A DNA stretch of 64,000 nt, taken from contig OZ024741.1 in NCBI GenBank assembly GCA_964016885.1, forward strand, positions 177,196,001 to 177,260,000, given 5' to 3'. The position numbers were made by a program, and so were the translations under genes. The DNA comes from Eledone cirrhosa (Eukaryota). Positions 13,746 through 25,445 of the stretch are shown piece after piece. The first letter of the stretch is position 1. Each line of letters opens with the position of its first letter. The notes beneath the pieces were generated by a model that was not told the DNA's origin, did no database searches, and saw nothing but the letters and a program-made list of their open reading frames with translations.

Positions 13746-13952
13746 TATTAATAATAATAAAGTAATGTAAACCAAATAATAAACAATATAAGTGAGCTAG
13801 CTAGTGTCCAACCCTATGGTGAATTCTTACGTTTCAAACAAAGATTCTATTATTCCAAAAGTCTTGGAAAATAATATTACTTGTCAATTCCTGCATGCAA
13901 AAATAAAATAATATCGCGTTTATGTTTATATTGAATAAAGCTGCTACGTTTG

Positions 13953-14062
<110 letters not shown>

Positions 14063-15034
14063 TGTATGTAAGATGCCGTGACATTAGCCCCTCTATGTGA
14101 TGTTTGCACCTAGTAATGCACAATTTAAATAGCATAATTGCAAGGACACGTAAAATTTAAATATTTTCAGCATAATTTATATTCAGATAAATGTTAATTA
14201 AAAATGTCATTGTGCTTTGTTTAAAATAATATAATTAATATAAAATTCAAAAATTCACCTTCAAATTCCTCTTTGTTTAGAATTATGTAAAGTGTTTCCA
14301 TTGTTGCTTTGTTTAATATATTTTTTATGTTTTTTTCCATATCCTTTAAAGCAAATAATTGAATTTTGCTGAACTCAAGGTTAGTAATGATATTTCAAAA
14401 TATTTATGAAAAGGTAACATTTTTCTTTAATATATCTTTATTTGCCATTTATATCTTTATTACTAAACTGCATTATATAAATTAATATATAGAAGATAAT
14501 TACATTTTGAAAACAGACTACGAGCGCACAACCAGTAAACACATTCTCAAATTAAACTTACATCGTTATATATGCAATTTACATACAAATTCATATATAA
14601 TATAATATAAATTCACGTACATATATGCATGCAAGTTTTGGGTATCTGATTAATAATTTCGATTCACATAAATGCAATATACCACATAGTATATAATGAT
14701 AATACTACATAAGATGTGACAGCATATAGTGCGAGTATATTTTACTATAGCATGAATTAAGCAACATCTTGGCAATTGAATTTCTTAAAAAGAAACTGTG
14801 ATGTGCCTAGCAAATATAGGTGTTTATGTATAGCTTAACAATTCTATAAATATAGGAACATGTCTTTAATAACATACAGAAATATGATAGTAGAGCTAAC
14901 TTAATCACACTACAGTTGCAACTAATAAATCGAAGAAGTAAAAAAAACACCCATGAAAACAAAAGGTTTTGTGTAAAACACTTTACGTAAACTTATGTGT
15001 AGGCAAATATTTATACAGTATATATGTGAAAGTG

Positions 15035-15073
<39 letters not shown>

Positions 15074-15075
<2 letters not shown>

Positions 15076-15222
15076 TAACAAAGAAGAGATGGAAAGATAC
15101 CAGGTAGGCCATAACGCACCACAGTCCTCGATACTTAGGATAGAAGCATGGGTAATAGAAAAAGAGTCAGGTCCCCGACGGCTAGGCTCCGGCCGTTTCG
15201 ACAGCTAGATCCGAGAACCGGA
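15074..15222 (-). mobile_element. Short (TA)n-flanked repeat, probable PLE pLTR fragment with the 3' half of a hammerhead
   Basis: Homologous to 29663-29800 and 50531-50702; minus strand reads ..ctgtc-GAAA-CGGC..AGCCG-TC-gggg. Confidence 0.6.
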
Positions 15223-15340
15223 TATATATATATATATACACATATATATACACATATATACATTTGCTCTACGGTTCTTATATATTTGATATATATTTAT
15301 CCTTATCGAGCCCTCTATGATTTTAGTCTTCAAATTTATT

Positions 15341-15371
<31 letters not shown>

Positions 15372-15591
15372 TTGAATGCTATGGTTGACGGAGGCTCGGC
15401 TCTGTAAGGTATTGTAAATTTTGAACACTATAACAATTGTAAATTGTTTAAAACTTTAACGAACTTGTACACAAAAACACCCTCCTCCTCGTGAGAGGGG
15501 TCTTTCTGCCCGTTCTTTGGCCCTTCGGGGTTAAATAACTGCTTATTGGGGTTTTGTACCCAATATTTATTTTAAACAAAAAAAACAAAAC

Positions 15592-17674
15592 ATGGCTACG
15601 AAAAAGAAATTTCATAGGTCACTCCCACTCATTCCGTCCTCTTCTTCCTCAATCATCACTACAGCAGAGAGAAGATTGTCTCTCTCCCTCCCTTCTTTAA
15701 ATGTGTCTCTCTCCCTCCCTTCTCTTTCGCAAGCGACGAAAGAAAAGAAAAGTCTCGTGCAAAGCGTGCAAGGTTTCTCCACGACGAGGACGACAACGAC
15801 GAGACAGGTGTGCGGGAAATACGAAAACCCAGTTCATTCGTCTGACGTCAGGAATAATAGCAGTAGCAGCCGTAATAACAACAGCAACAGTGACAATGAA
15901 AACAACAGTAGCAGCCGCAACAGCATCACCAGCAGCATAAACAACAACAGCATTAGCAGCAGCAACACCAACAACAACCACAGCAACAGCGGTGGAGGCA
16001 GTAATCGTAGTACCTGCAGCAACAACAAAAGTAACAGCAGCTCTGACGACAACAACAACAACAGCAGCAAAGAAAAACCAATCTCATTTGCAGGTATTGC
16101 GAAAAACTTGGAAACAATCCTCATAAAAAATGAGGAATTAGAGGAAGCGAAGAAGATGGTGATAAAGACTGGACACCCGAGCAATCTGCAAGGCAGCGGA
16201 AAAATGTTTCGAAACCCAACAGCACTGTACGGTCACGTACCGTACAGTAAGTACAAAATCCAGTAGGGTGGAAAGAGCCACAGAGGCTCAAATACAAAAA
16301 GCCTTGGGGTCTGTGTGGCAGCGGAAAACGCACATCACCCGAGGCAAAAAATATGCCACCGTAGACGTACTTTTTGCCACACCCCAGGAGGCAAAGGCCC
16401 AATCCGTAGTGACCCTAAGGAGCGAGGAAATGGTGTTGGTGCCCTCCTACTGCGGGCAAAAAATTGTGAGGGTCAAACTGACCCACGTCCCCCCGGAATG
16501 GCCCCTTCTTGGCTGGCCGCGTCTGTCCTCGTCGGAATCGAGGACAAAACAACTGTACTGCAAGTAAGAGAAGATTGGGTCGGCACCTCCATTGAGATGC
16601 TAATCCAAACCAACCAGGAGTGCATCGAAGCTATCCCGGATGTGATAGACTTCGATAACGGCACTAAACTGCCCATAAGTGTTGAAGGAAAACGCCGGAA
16701 ATGCTTTCGCTGTGGATCGAAGACTCACCTCAGGGCCTTCTGCAACGAGAAGACCCTGAGAAAGGAGAAAACCCCCCTCCTTCCGAAACCGGCTCCACGG
16801 CTACCAGCAGGCGGCAACCAGGAACGATAGGTCTGTGGCACCCATACCCACGCCACGGAAATCAAAAACAGCAGCAGCAGTGGAAATATTAACAACAACA
16901 ACGGCAATACCAAATGCAGCTGCAACAGAGACTCCAGTGCAAACAACACCAACAACAACAAGTGAAAGAGTGGAGCTGGTACCCCTCCCCGACCGCACAG
17001 AATCAGACATGGAGTGTGAGGTGGGAGAGGGATGGCAAAAGGTCGTAAGAAGGCACAAACGCAGAAGCAGCGCATCGTCGCCTTTGAAAAGGGAGGAAAG
17101 AATTGAGAAAAGGGTAAAGTCTACTGCAAAGAGACCCACAGCAGCAACACCACCAACACCATGACCACCCACACTAGCACCACCATCACCACCGGCGAGA
17201 ACCCCACTGCCAACAACACCTTCAACACCGCCACCACAAGCACCAACATCGCAAACACAACAACAAAACACACACACCCAGCAACAACGACAAGAAAATA
17301 GCAGAACCACACCCCACCCCCAGAAAAACAAATGTACGGCAATAAATACACACAACAAGAAACTAATGACTTACATAATTGAACACACAGACATTTCACA
17401 ACACGACTACATAATACCAGCACCAATCAAAACGCCAACTAACATAAGACTGTTAAAAATAGCACAGAAACAATACACAAACATTAAAACGAAATTCCCC
17501 AACGCAGTTGGTGATTTCAGTGACCTAGGAGGAACTATCAATCGAAGAGTATATTCAGACATTCTCTTAGAAGAGCCGACGATCAGCCGAAGGGACGATT
17601 CAACGGTCCCTTCACCAGACGATCAAGTGAAAAGGGATGTAAAAACCATCCCTCCTCTACGAAAAGTACGGTAA
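15592..17674 (+). pseudogene. Tx1 ORF1 (Gag-like: low-complexity N-terminus, RRM-like region, CCHC knuckle), frameshifted
   Basis: ORF pieces 15592-16266, 16268-16567, 16315-16830, 16835-17164 and 17366-17674; SFAGIAK motif; CFRCGSKTHLRAFC (CX2CX4HX4C). Confidence 0.85.
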
Positions 17675-17709
17675 GTGGTCTTTCCCATCTTTTCCACTCT
17701 ATTTTAAAC

Positions 17710-20700
17710 ATGACCTCACTCAGAATAGGCAGCATAAATGCGCGTGGCTTGGGGTCGTCATGGAAGCAGGGTCACCTGCTCAACGACCTCAGGTCACTAA
17801 CCATAGATGTAGTGGCCATCAGCGATACCAGAATCTCCGAAGCACGGGCCTTCGCACCGATCTTTGGCGGCTACGATGTGTACGCATCTCCCAGCCGTCC
17901 TGGATCGGGGGGAGGAGTTGCTGTGCTTTTTCGGAGAGGTTTGGATCTCGCCATACGGGCCATCTACCTGGAACCAGAGGGTAAGCTGGTGGTACTGAAC
18001 GTGACCAGCGGAGACGGGCAAGCTTTCAGGAGCAGGGCGGCCTGATTTCTTCCGGCGTCTGGAGACCTTTCTTGGAACGTCACGCTCTTTAGTGTTAGTG
18101 GGCGACTGGAACGGGATCTTAGATGCACGCTGGGGTTATGTGGGATTAGTGGATAGGGAAGGAGTGTGCAAGAGTCTCACCAGCCTGCTCAGACGTTTTG
18201 AACTGTCTGACAGGTACCGATTGGATTTCCCGAATGTGCCAATGTGGACTTGGACAAATCGCATAGGGTCATCCAGATCATATCTAGATAGAGTATTTTG
18301 TAGGGAAATAGATAGGTCTAGCATAGGCTGTCCACAATTCAAGATAGTCAGCTACACGGACCACAAATTTGTGATCTGTGTGCTTGACTTAGATAGGCTT
18401 CATAGACGGGGACCCGGCTACTGGAAGTTAAACGCGTCCTTACCAGCGCGCAAAGCCTACATAGACCGGATTAGCGAACTAGTTAAGCGGGCGTTGACGG
18501 GGGCCATCGTCAACAACAAGTGGTGGTTTGCTCTGAAAAGATCGATTAGAATAGAATCCATTAGATTTAGTAAGGCTTTAGCAATAGAGAAACATAGAGC
18601 AGAGGGAGAACTAGTTAGAAAATTAGACGAGGCGCTTAGCAAAGGCATTGCGACCGACGTGCTTGCGGCGAAATTGGCCCTTGACCAATTCTTCAATGCA
18701 AAGCACGAAGGCGGCGTTGTCAGAGCAAGGGTGCGTGCTCTCAGACACGAGGGGACGAAAGCCGTTCAATGGGCCCGAGTGGCGGAGGCGCGTCGTGGCA
18801 ACAAAGCCACGATCCGGTCTTTGGTGGACCACGACGGGCGCATGCTACCCGATCCCGGGCAAATGTGTGAAGTTTTTCAGCGACACTTCGCTCAGCTGTT
18901 CGGGGGCAGCGGTGGGCCGGGTGGAGGGATGGACTTTAGTGTCTACCTCGACGGACTGCCGCGGCTCACGGCCACTGAGGCGAAGTGTTGCTAAAAGCCG
19001 ATAACAGCCGCTGAAGTAAGGGAGGCAATGACTGGCTGCACAAGGGGTAAATCGACTGGTTTGGATTGTCTGCCCTATGAACTTTACGTACAGATGCCAG
19101 ACTTGTTCGGAGGCCTCTTGGCGGACGTCTACTGCAACTGCAACAGAACGGGAGAATTCCCAGTTCTGTGAGCCGAGGAGCTGTGGCACTGCTGAGAAAG
19201 GATCCGAACAAGGGGGATAACATAGATAATTTCCGGCCCATAACTCTGCTAAACACAGAGTTCAAGATTTTGGCCAAGCTGCTAGCAAAGAGGTTGGCGC
19301 TTGTCGTTGGTGGTCTGCTGGGAGAGGCGCAGACATGCGCTATTCCCGACAGATCCATCCACGACAACCTCCACCTCATGCGATACATCGTAGAGAGGGT
19401 AGCTAGAGAACCTGGCTCGGGTGGGTCCTTGATCAATTTAGATCAGTCGAAAGCTTTCGATAGGGTCGACCAGCGTGACCTAGCGGCAGTCCTGAGGGCG
19501 GCTGGCTTTGGGCCCGTCTTCAGAGGCTGGATCGCTGCCATGCACAGTGACATCTGTTCTGTGGTGAGAGTGAACGGTCACCTGTCGGAACCGTTCAACA
19601 TCATGCGCTCGGTCCGCCAAGGATGTCCCCTCTCGTCCCTCTTGTACGTATTAACTCTCAAGCCATTACTGCACAAACTGGATACGTTGAGGGGCGTCCC
19701 GCGCGAACTAGGATGCGGAAGATCCGTGTCGGCATATGCGGACGATGTCACCGTAGAGGTGTCGAACGCCAAACACATCGGTGCGATCGGCACTACACTA
19801 AGAGAATATGAAGCGGTGACAGGAACAATGATCAACCAGGGAAAGTCAGTGGGCCTGCAGCTCGGCACCTGGAGAGGCAGGTCCATGCCGTCCAACAGCG
19901 TCCTCGGACGCTGTACGGACGGACCGGTTAAATTGCTAGGGGTCTGGTTCGGTCCGGACCTCCAGACGGACAAAAACTGGGACGAGGTGATGAGCAGGGT
20001 GGCTTCTCTCACCCAGAAATGGGCGGAGAGGAAGAGTTCCCGGAAAGGTCGAGCGGAGGTGGCTAACGCGTACATCGCGTCTGTCATCTGCTACCGCCTG
20101 ATCGTCGTACCTTGTCGTAAGCATTGCCCGACTGCGCTGGAGCGTTTGCTCTTTCGCTTTTTGTGGAAGGGAGGCGCTCCGATGGTCAGGCGGTCCATCT
20201 GTTGTCAACACCCGCTACGTGGGGGGGGCTGGGCATGCCGTGGCTGATGATGCGCAGGCACGTGCTCAGGCTACGACATCTCCACCTCTTCCTTGACGGT
20301 GATCAGGTGTGGTCGCCGTTTGCTAGACACGTATTTCCCCAGCTCGTTTCCTTGACGGAGCTGCAGTCCTGGGTCAATCGAAGACCGAGAGGGAGCGCCT
20401 GGAGACTGGAATGTCTTCAGGCGCTCACAGCCCTCGACCAATCGGGCAATATGATGGTGGAAACTCCACCTCGGCGTTCTATAGAGGATTAGTGGAGGGG
20501 AAGAGCGACGTAGTACTTGGGGAAACTCTAGGCGTCGACGAAAATCAACTAGCCAATCTCTTCGGAAGAACTTTCGGGCCAGGGCCTATGGACAACTTCC
20601 AGAAATCTCTGGCCTGGCAGTGCTACCGAGGAGCCTTGCCAGTTTGGGATAAACTCTACATGCATGGAGGTGCCGTCAGCCGGGCATGTCCGAGATGCGC

Positions 20701-21103
20701 GCAGGGCGACAAAACCGCCCTGCACGCACTCGTCCAGTGTCCGAAAATTGCTGACTTGTGGGTTTATGTCGAACACCTGCTGTCGCGTTTAGGACGGATC
20801 CGGCTATCATCTGAGTCCATCGTGAGGTTTGCCCCGCCCTCCTCCTTTAGCCGGGAAGGGCAGGCAGTTTTTATCTGTCTGGTGGCCATGGCGAAAGAGA
20901 TAGTATGGTGGACACGTATGAAAGGGCTGAAGACGAGCACTTACCTCTTCGGTGATGCTCTGATTGACTTTTTCAAATTTCATTTGAAAAGGAAAATCAG
21001 AGTAGAGAGGGAAGTGCTCTCTTCCCAGCATTTTGTTGAAAGATGGGTGAGAGAAGCAAGAATGGCCCGAGTGAATGGGCCTACTCTGAGTATATATCTG
21101 TAA
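17710..21103 (+). pseudogene. Tx1 ORF2 (APE endonuclease + reverse transcriptase + C-terminal Cys-rich domain), with several frameshifts and stops
   Basis: SINARGL, GGGVAVL, VGDWN, SYLDR, TDH, GPGYWKLN, NFRPITLLNTEFKI, LDQSKAFDRV, VRQGCPLS, AYADD, CPRC..HALVQC. Confidence 0.95.
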
Positions 21104-21362
21104 ATTAAAGGTGGAAAACTGGGAGAGGGCACTTGCCTTGGTGGTCAGGGTCATTGTGGCTTTTTACTGGGCTTTCTCCACAAATGTCCCTCCGAAGTTT
21201 CCCCCCTATTGGGGAATTTTTCATTGTTATTTTCATTGTTATTTTTGTTACATCCTCTGTTTTTGTTTTTTACACGCAGAAATGCCCATTTGTACCGTCC
21301 TGCATTGTCCTGCACTGTCCTTAATGTCTACTTTATGTAAACCCTTGTGGTTAATAAAGAAA

Positions 21363-21397
<35 letters not shown>

Positions 21398-21483
21398 GTT
21401 ATTGTTATTCCTTGAATCTCAGTCATTGATGTTGGTTAACTGGAAAGTCCGTTGGAATGAATATCAAGCCACTACCTGCAGCC

Positions 21484-24400
21484 TCAGATATTCAGGACGT
21501 ATCGGAGGGTTCTTGCCGTTCCAAGCAAGCATGCCTTTTGAAGCGTTCCAAAAAGCGTGAAGGGGCCGATTTTCTTTAACCATCCCTGGAAACCTTTGGA
21601 GATAGTCCCCAGTGCGCCTATGACAATCGGGATCACTTTGACTTCATGGCAGTTCCAAATCCTTTTCACCTCCCACTTTAGGTCCTGGTATCGGTTAATT
21701 TTCTCCCTCTCCTTCTCTTGCACTCTCGTGTCGAACGGGCAGGCCACATCCACAATCAGGCACGATCTTTTTTCTTTGTCCACAACCACCAGGTCAGGTC
21801 TATTGTGTTCCAGTTTTTTGTCCGTCTGTATCCTAAAATCCCACAGCACCTTCACCTGACTGTTCTCCATCACCGCCTCTGGCCTATGCTCATACCATTT
21901 CTCAGAATGTGGTAGATTGTTTACTTTGCACAGGTGCCAGTGGATCACCCTGCCCATCACATCGTGTCTCCAGCCCTTATAGTGGGTCTGGGCTAGGTGT
22001 TTACACTCGGACACAATGTGAGTCACAGTCTCCTCTCTCTCTCCACAGATCCTGCACAGTGGGCTAGCCTCCTCCTTGTAGATATGGTGCTTCAACCACT
22101 TCGTTTTGAGGGCCTGTTCCTGCGCAGCCATTAGCATTCCTTCTGTAGCCTTTTTGAGGTCTCCTCTTCTCAACCAGTTCCATGTCTGTGTATCTCTAAA
22201 TTCAGTTTTCTCAAAGAAGGTACTATGAAGGGATTTTCCCTTAAGGCTGCTCTTCCTCCTTGATGTTATTTCCTCCTTGGGTATCCCCTGGCCTACTGTC
22301 CCCTCCTTCAGTACAGCTCTGAGCATTGGCTCCTTACTATAGGTCACGTATTTGTATAGGTTGTTTTTCTCCATCTGAACACAGTCCTCTATGCTGATAA
22401 GACCTCTTCCACCCTCAGTTCTCCTTAGGTAGAGTCTATCGACATCACTCCTCTTGTGGAACATGTTGTAGATAGTCAATAGCTTCCTAGTCTTCCTATC
22501 CATTTCTTTTTGTTCAGCAACATTCCATCTCAGAATTCCCGCACTGTACCTAATAATAGACACAGCTCGGGAATTTACTGCGCTTATGGCATTTCTGCTG
22601 TTCAGATGTGACTTCAATACGCTCCTTACTCTCCGAATGTATTCAGTTCTTAACAATTCCTTCATTTTTTTGTTCTTTATGCCATCAGCCTCCAGAACGC
22701 CCAAATACTTGTATCCTTCCTCAGAGTCAATTTCCTTTATCATCTCACCTGTTGGTATCTGGATCCCGTTACTTCTGCTCAACCTACCCCTCCTCATCAC
22801 AATGACTCCACATTTACCAATACCAAACTGCATACATATATCACTGCTGAAAATACGGACAGTGTCAACAAGCACATCCAACTCCTTCTCACTTTTCCCG
22901 AAGAGCTTAAGATCGTCCATGAAGAGGAGGTGATTGATGGTAAGCTCTCCCCTTCCCAACTTGTATCCTGCTCTCACTTTTTGCAGCATAATGGTCAAGG
23001 GCATCAGGGCAAGGACAAACAACAGAGGGGACAGGCTATCTCCCTGGAAGATACCTCTCTTGACCTTCACGCTTCCCAAGGATACTCCAGTTGATGTCAA
23101 CTCTGTCTCCCAGGACCCCATACTCCTGCCCAGCAACTGTCTGATGTTATCTGCCACCCTGAAGATCTCCAGGCTTTTGGTGATCCAGGAATGAGGCACC
23201 ATGTTAAATGCCTTTCTGTAGTCTATCCATCCCATGGCAAGATCAGTGTGTCTCCTCCTGCAATTCCCCATTACCATCTTATCAATAAGCAACTGGTCCT
23301 TTGTACCACGTGACTTCTTTCGGCATCCTTTCTGTTCGTCCGGCAACAAGTTGTTTGTGTGGAGGTGATGGTAGATTTCCTCAGACACAATGCTCGTCAA
23401 CAGTTTCCACATTACGGGCAGACATGTGATAGGTCTATAGTTGGTAACATCATTACCCTTGATTCGGTCTTTCATTATCAGAACTGTGGTACCTTTTGTC
23501 AACCACCCTGGCACCTCACCCGACACCAAGCAGTCATTGAACATGGCCGTCAGCTTCGGGTGGAGGGATGTTAAATGTTTAATCCAATACCCCTGCACAC
23601 CATCTGGGCCTGGTGATTTCCAGTTGGTTAGTTTTTTGGCTTGCCCCTTAAGAGTTTCAACTGTGATACTCAAATCAGTCTGTTGCTGTGCCTGCTCACC
23701 GATCTCCCTCTGTACTGTCTCAATCCACCCTGCCTGGGCATTGTGTCTAACATCCTGCTCCCATATTCCTCTCCAGAATGTTTTAGCTTGTTCCGCCCCA
23801 GGGATCAAGTCGTTGCCTCTTTCTTTCCCCTCAAGCTGTCCAAACAGCATCTTCTGGTTGTTGTCGAACATGCGGTTCTGTTTATACTGACTGACTCTGT
23901 TCTCGTATCGCCTGATTTTGGCACTCTTTGCTACAATGCGTTGCTTCAATTCCTCTATGATAATATTTAGCTTTTTACTCCTAGTTTTGTATTTTATTTC
24001 CAGTCTATTTTTAGTGCCTATGTTTTTTAGTGTCCCATTCAGTAGTGACTCAAGCTTTCCTATGTCATTTCTCATTTCCCCGATTTGCCCACTCAGTCGC
24101 TTCTTCCACCACGGCTCTGCTCTTTCTTGTCTGTTGTTTACTCTCGCTTTTATACCAAGTAGTTTCCTCACCGTATTTGCTGTTGCTTTGAGGATATTGT
24201 TGCACTGGTGAAGACTCCTCGCCTCAAGGTATGGGATGACTTTGTTTACCTTAGCTGTTGTTTCTTTTAACTTTTTCCTGTCTACAAATCTTAGGTTCAT
24301 AGGTCTCCCACTATCATTGTTCAACTCATCTACCACTAAATTTAGGATGTCAACCGAATCTTGTCCTAGCCCGTCAGCATTCATCTCCTCAGTGGCCGTA

Positions 24401-24876
24401 TCTCTGTTCCAGGTATTATTTATCTCAGTATTCAGATCATTGTCTGCTTCGGGTGGTTCCTCCGTTCTCAGGACCTCATCACCTTCATTTCCCGCCGGCT
24501 CGCTTGTCTGGCATACTACACCCGCCATCTCCAAGCCATTCTCTCTGCTCAGTTCCTCCAGTTCCAGCTCGCTTATCCACCCATTAGTTCTTATTACCCG
24601 AGCCTGCCCGGCCAATTTTTGTTCATCTAATTTAAATAAACCAATCTCGTTCCAGATGTTATGCATCCGTCTCCTGTAGCCCCTCTCCTTGGGGTTACTT
24701 TTCAGGTAGCATTGCATAACAGTTCTATTCAATTCTTTCGTCCAGTTGGTTCTGGCCCCTTTCCTTCTTCTTCTTCCTCCAACATCAGCAGTATTTGGTT
24801 GACAGTCAGGTTCCTGCTGCTGAGCCAGGGGGCACCTGTTGGGTGAGAGTCTGTCACATGACGTTCTAGTCTCCAT
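21484..24876 (-). CDS. R4/Dong retrotransposon protein: RT + CCHC finger + restriction-like endonuclease (1130 aa, uninterrupted)
   Basis: N-terminal WTKELN..MQCY..GYRRRMHNIW; NWKSPGPDG, NYRPITCL, EQKGC, GIFQGDSLSPLLF, LFMDDLKL; CRIC..HIVSEC; RHD; RPDLVV..IVDVACP..EKINRY. Confidence 0.96.
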   Translation of the reverse strand: METRTSCDRLSPNRCPLAQQQEPDCQPNTADVGGRRRRKGARTNWTKELNRTVMQCYLKSNPKERGYRRRMHNIWNEIGLFKLDEQKLAGQARVIRTNGWISELELEELSRENGLEMAGVVCQTSEPAGNEGDEVLRTEEPPEADNDLNTEINNTWNRDTATEEMNADGLGQDSVDILNLVVDELNNDSGRPMNLRFVDRKKLKETTAKVNKVIPYLEARSLHQCNNILKATANTVRKLLGIKARVNNRQERAEPWWKKRLSGQIGEMRNDIGKLESLLNGTLKNIGTKNRLEIKYKTRSKKLNIIIEELKQRIVAKSAKIRRYENRVSQYKQNRMFDNNQKMLFGQLEGKERGNDLIPGAEQAKTFWRGIWEQDVRHNAQAGWIETVQREIGEQAQQQTDLSITVETLKGQAKKLTNWKSPGPDGVQGYWIKHLTSLHPKLTAMFNDCLVSGEVPGWLTKGTTVLIMKDRIKGNDVTNYRPITCLPVMWKLLTSIVSEEIYHHLHTNNLLPDEQKGCRKKSRGTKDQLLIDKMVMGNCRRRHTDLAMGWIDYRKAFNMVPHSWITKSLEIFRVADNIRQLLGRSMGSWETELTSTGVSLGSVKVKRGIFQGDSLSPLLFVLALMPLTIMLQKVRAGYKLGRGELTINHLLFMDDLKLFGKSEKELDVLVDTVRIFSSDICMQFGIGKCGVIVMRRGRLSRSNGIQIPTGEMIKEIDSEEGYKYLGVLEADGIKNKKMKELLRTEYIRRVRSVLKSHLNSRNAISAVNSRAVSIIRYSAGILRWNVAEQKEMDRKTRKLLTIYNMFHKRSDVDRLYLRRTEGGRGLISIEDCVQMEKNNLYKYVTYSKEPMLRAVLKEGTVGQGIPKEEITSRRKSSLKGKSLHSTFFEKTEFRDTQTWNWLRRGDLKKATEGMLMAAQEQALKTKWLKHHIYKEEASPLCRICGEREETVTHIVSECKHLAQTHYKGWRHDVMGRVIHWHLCKVNNLPHSEKWYEHRPEAVMENSQVKVLWDFRIQTDKKLEHNRPDLVVVDKEKRSCLIVDVACPFDTRVQEKEREKINRYQDLKWEVKRIWNCHEVKVIPIVIGALGTISKGFQGWLKKIGPFTLFGTLQKACLLGTARTLRYVLNI

Positions 24877-25445
24877 TTCACCGTTATTCGAACTGTTTAT
24901 GTTCGATATTTAAACACTCTTATCGAGGATTGGCGAATGTATGTTTACATAGCCATCTGTGGATCCGCCATCCCACTTGGCCCTTGTGTGGCATTATCAC
25001 CACGCTGTATACGGACACACATAAACAAACAAACACACGGGCAGAAAGGGCCCCAAAAATGAATAAGCATAAGTTTCATTGTAATGTAGTATTCGAATGT
25101 CTGACTTAGTTTTTGTTTTTTAAGTTTTACTTTTTCCCCCCTCTTCTCTGTCCGTCCGCCTGCTTCTCTCTTCATTCTTATTTTCTTTACGTTTTGGGGG
25201 TTTCTTTTTTTGTTTTTGTTTTTCTCTGTTTTTCTCGTTTTTTACTGTTGTTGCTGTGCTGCTTTTGTTGTATGTTTTTTCTTTTTTCTTTTGAGTCTAT
25301 CTATATATTTTGATGCCTTCCTCTTTGTTAGTAGTAGGAATTCTATAATGTGGAAGTGGTAGCCAGCAGAGACTGGCGGCGTTGGCGATACTGAGACAGT
25401 GGTGGTGGTGATGTCGATACCGAGGCAGTGGTGGCGGTGATGCGA

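Larger units (their letters stand above)
15374..21363 (+). mobile_element. Full-length Tx1/L1-clade non-LTR retrotransposon in (ATT)n
   Basis: 5'UTR follows (ATT)n at 15338-15373; ORF1 and ORF2 as below; AATAAA at 21353-21358 followed by (ATT)n. Confidence 0.93.

Noticed and set aside
15478-15575. HDV-like ribozyme in the Tx1 5'UTR (ctcctcgt looks like L3)
   Set aside because: No upstream P1 partner or J4/2 motif is found. It is better explained as three simple hairpins, including a cUUCGg tetraloop.
21557-24846. Series of + strand ORFs opposite the Dong ORF
   Set aside because: These are antisense shadows of a long coding frame with no recognisable domains.
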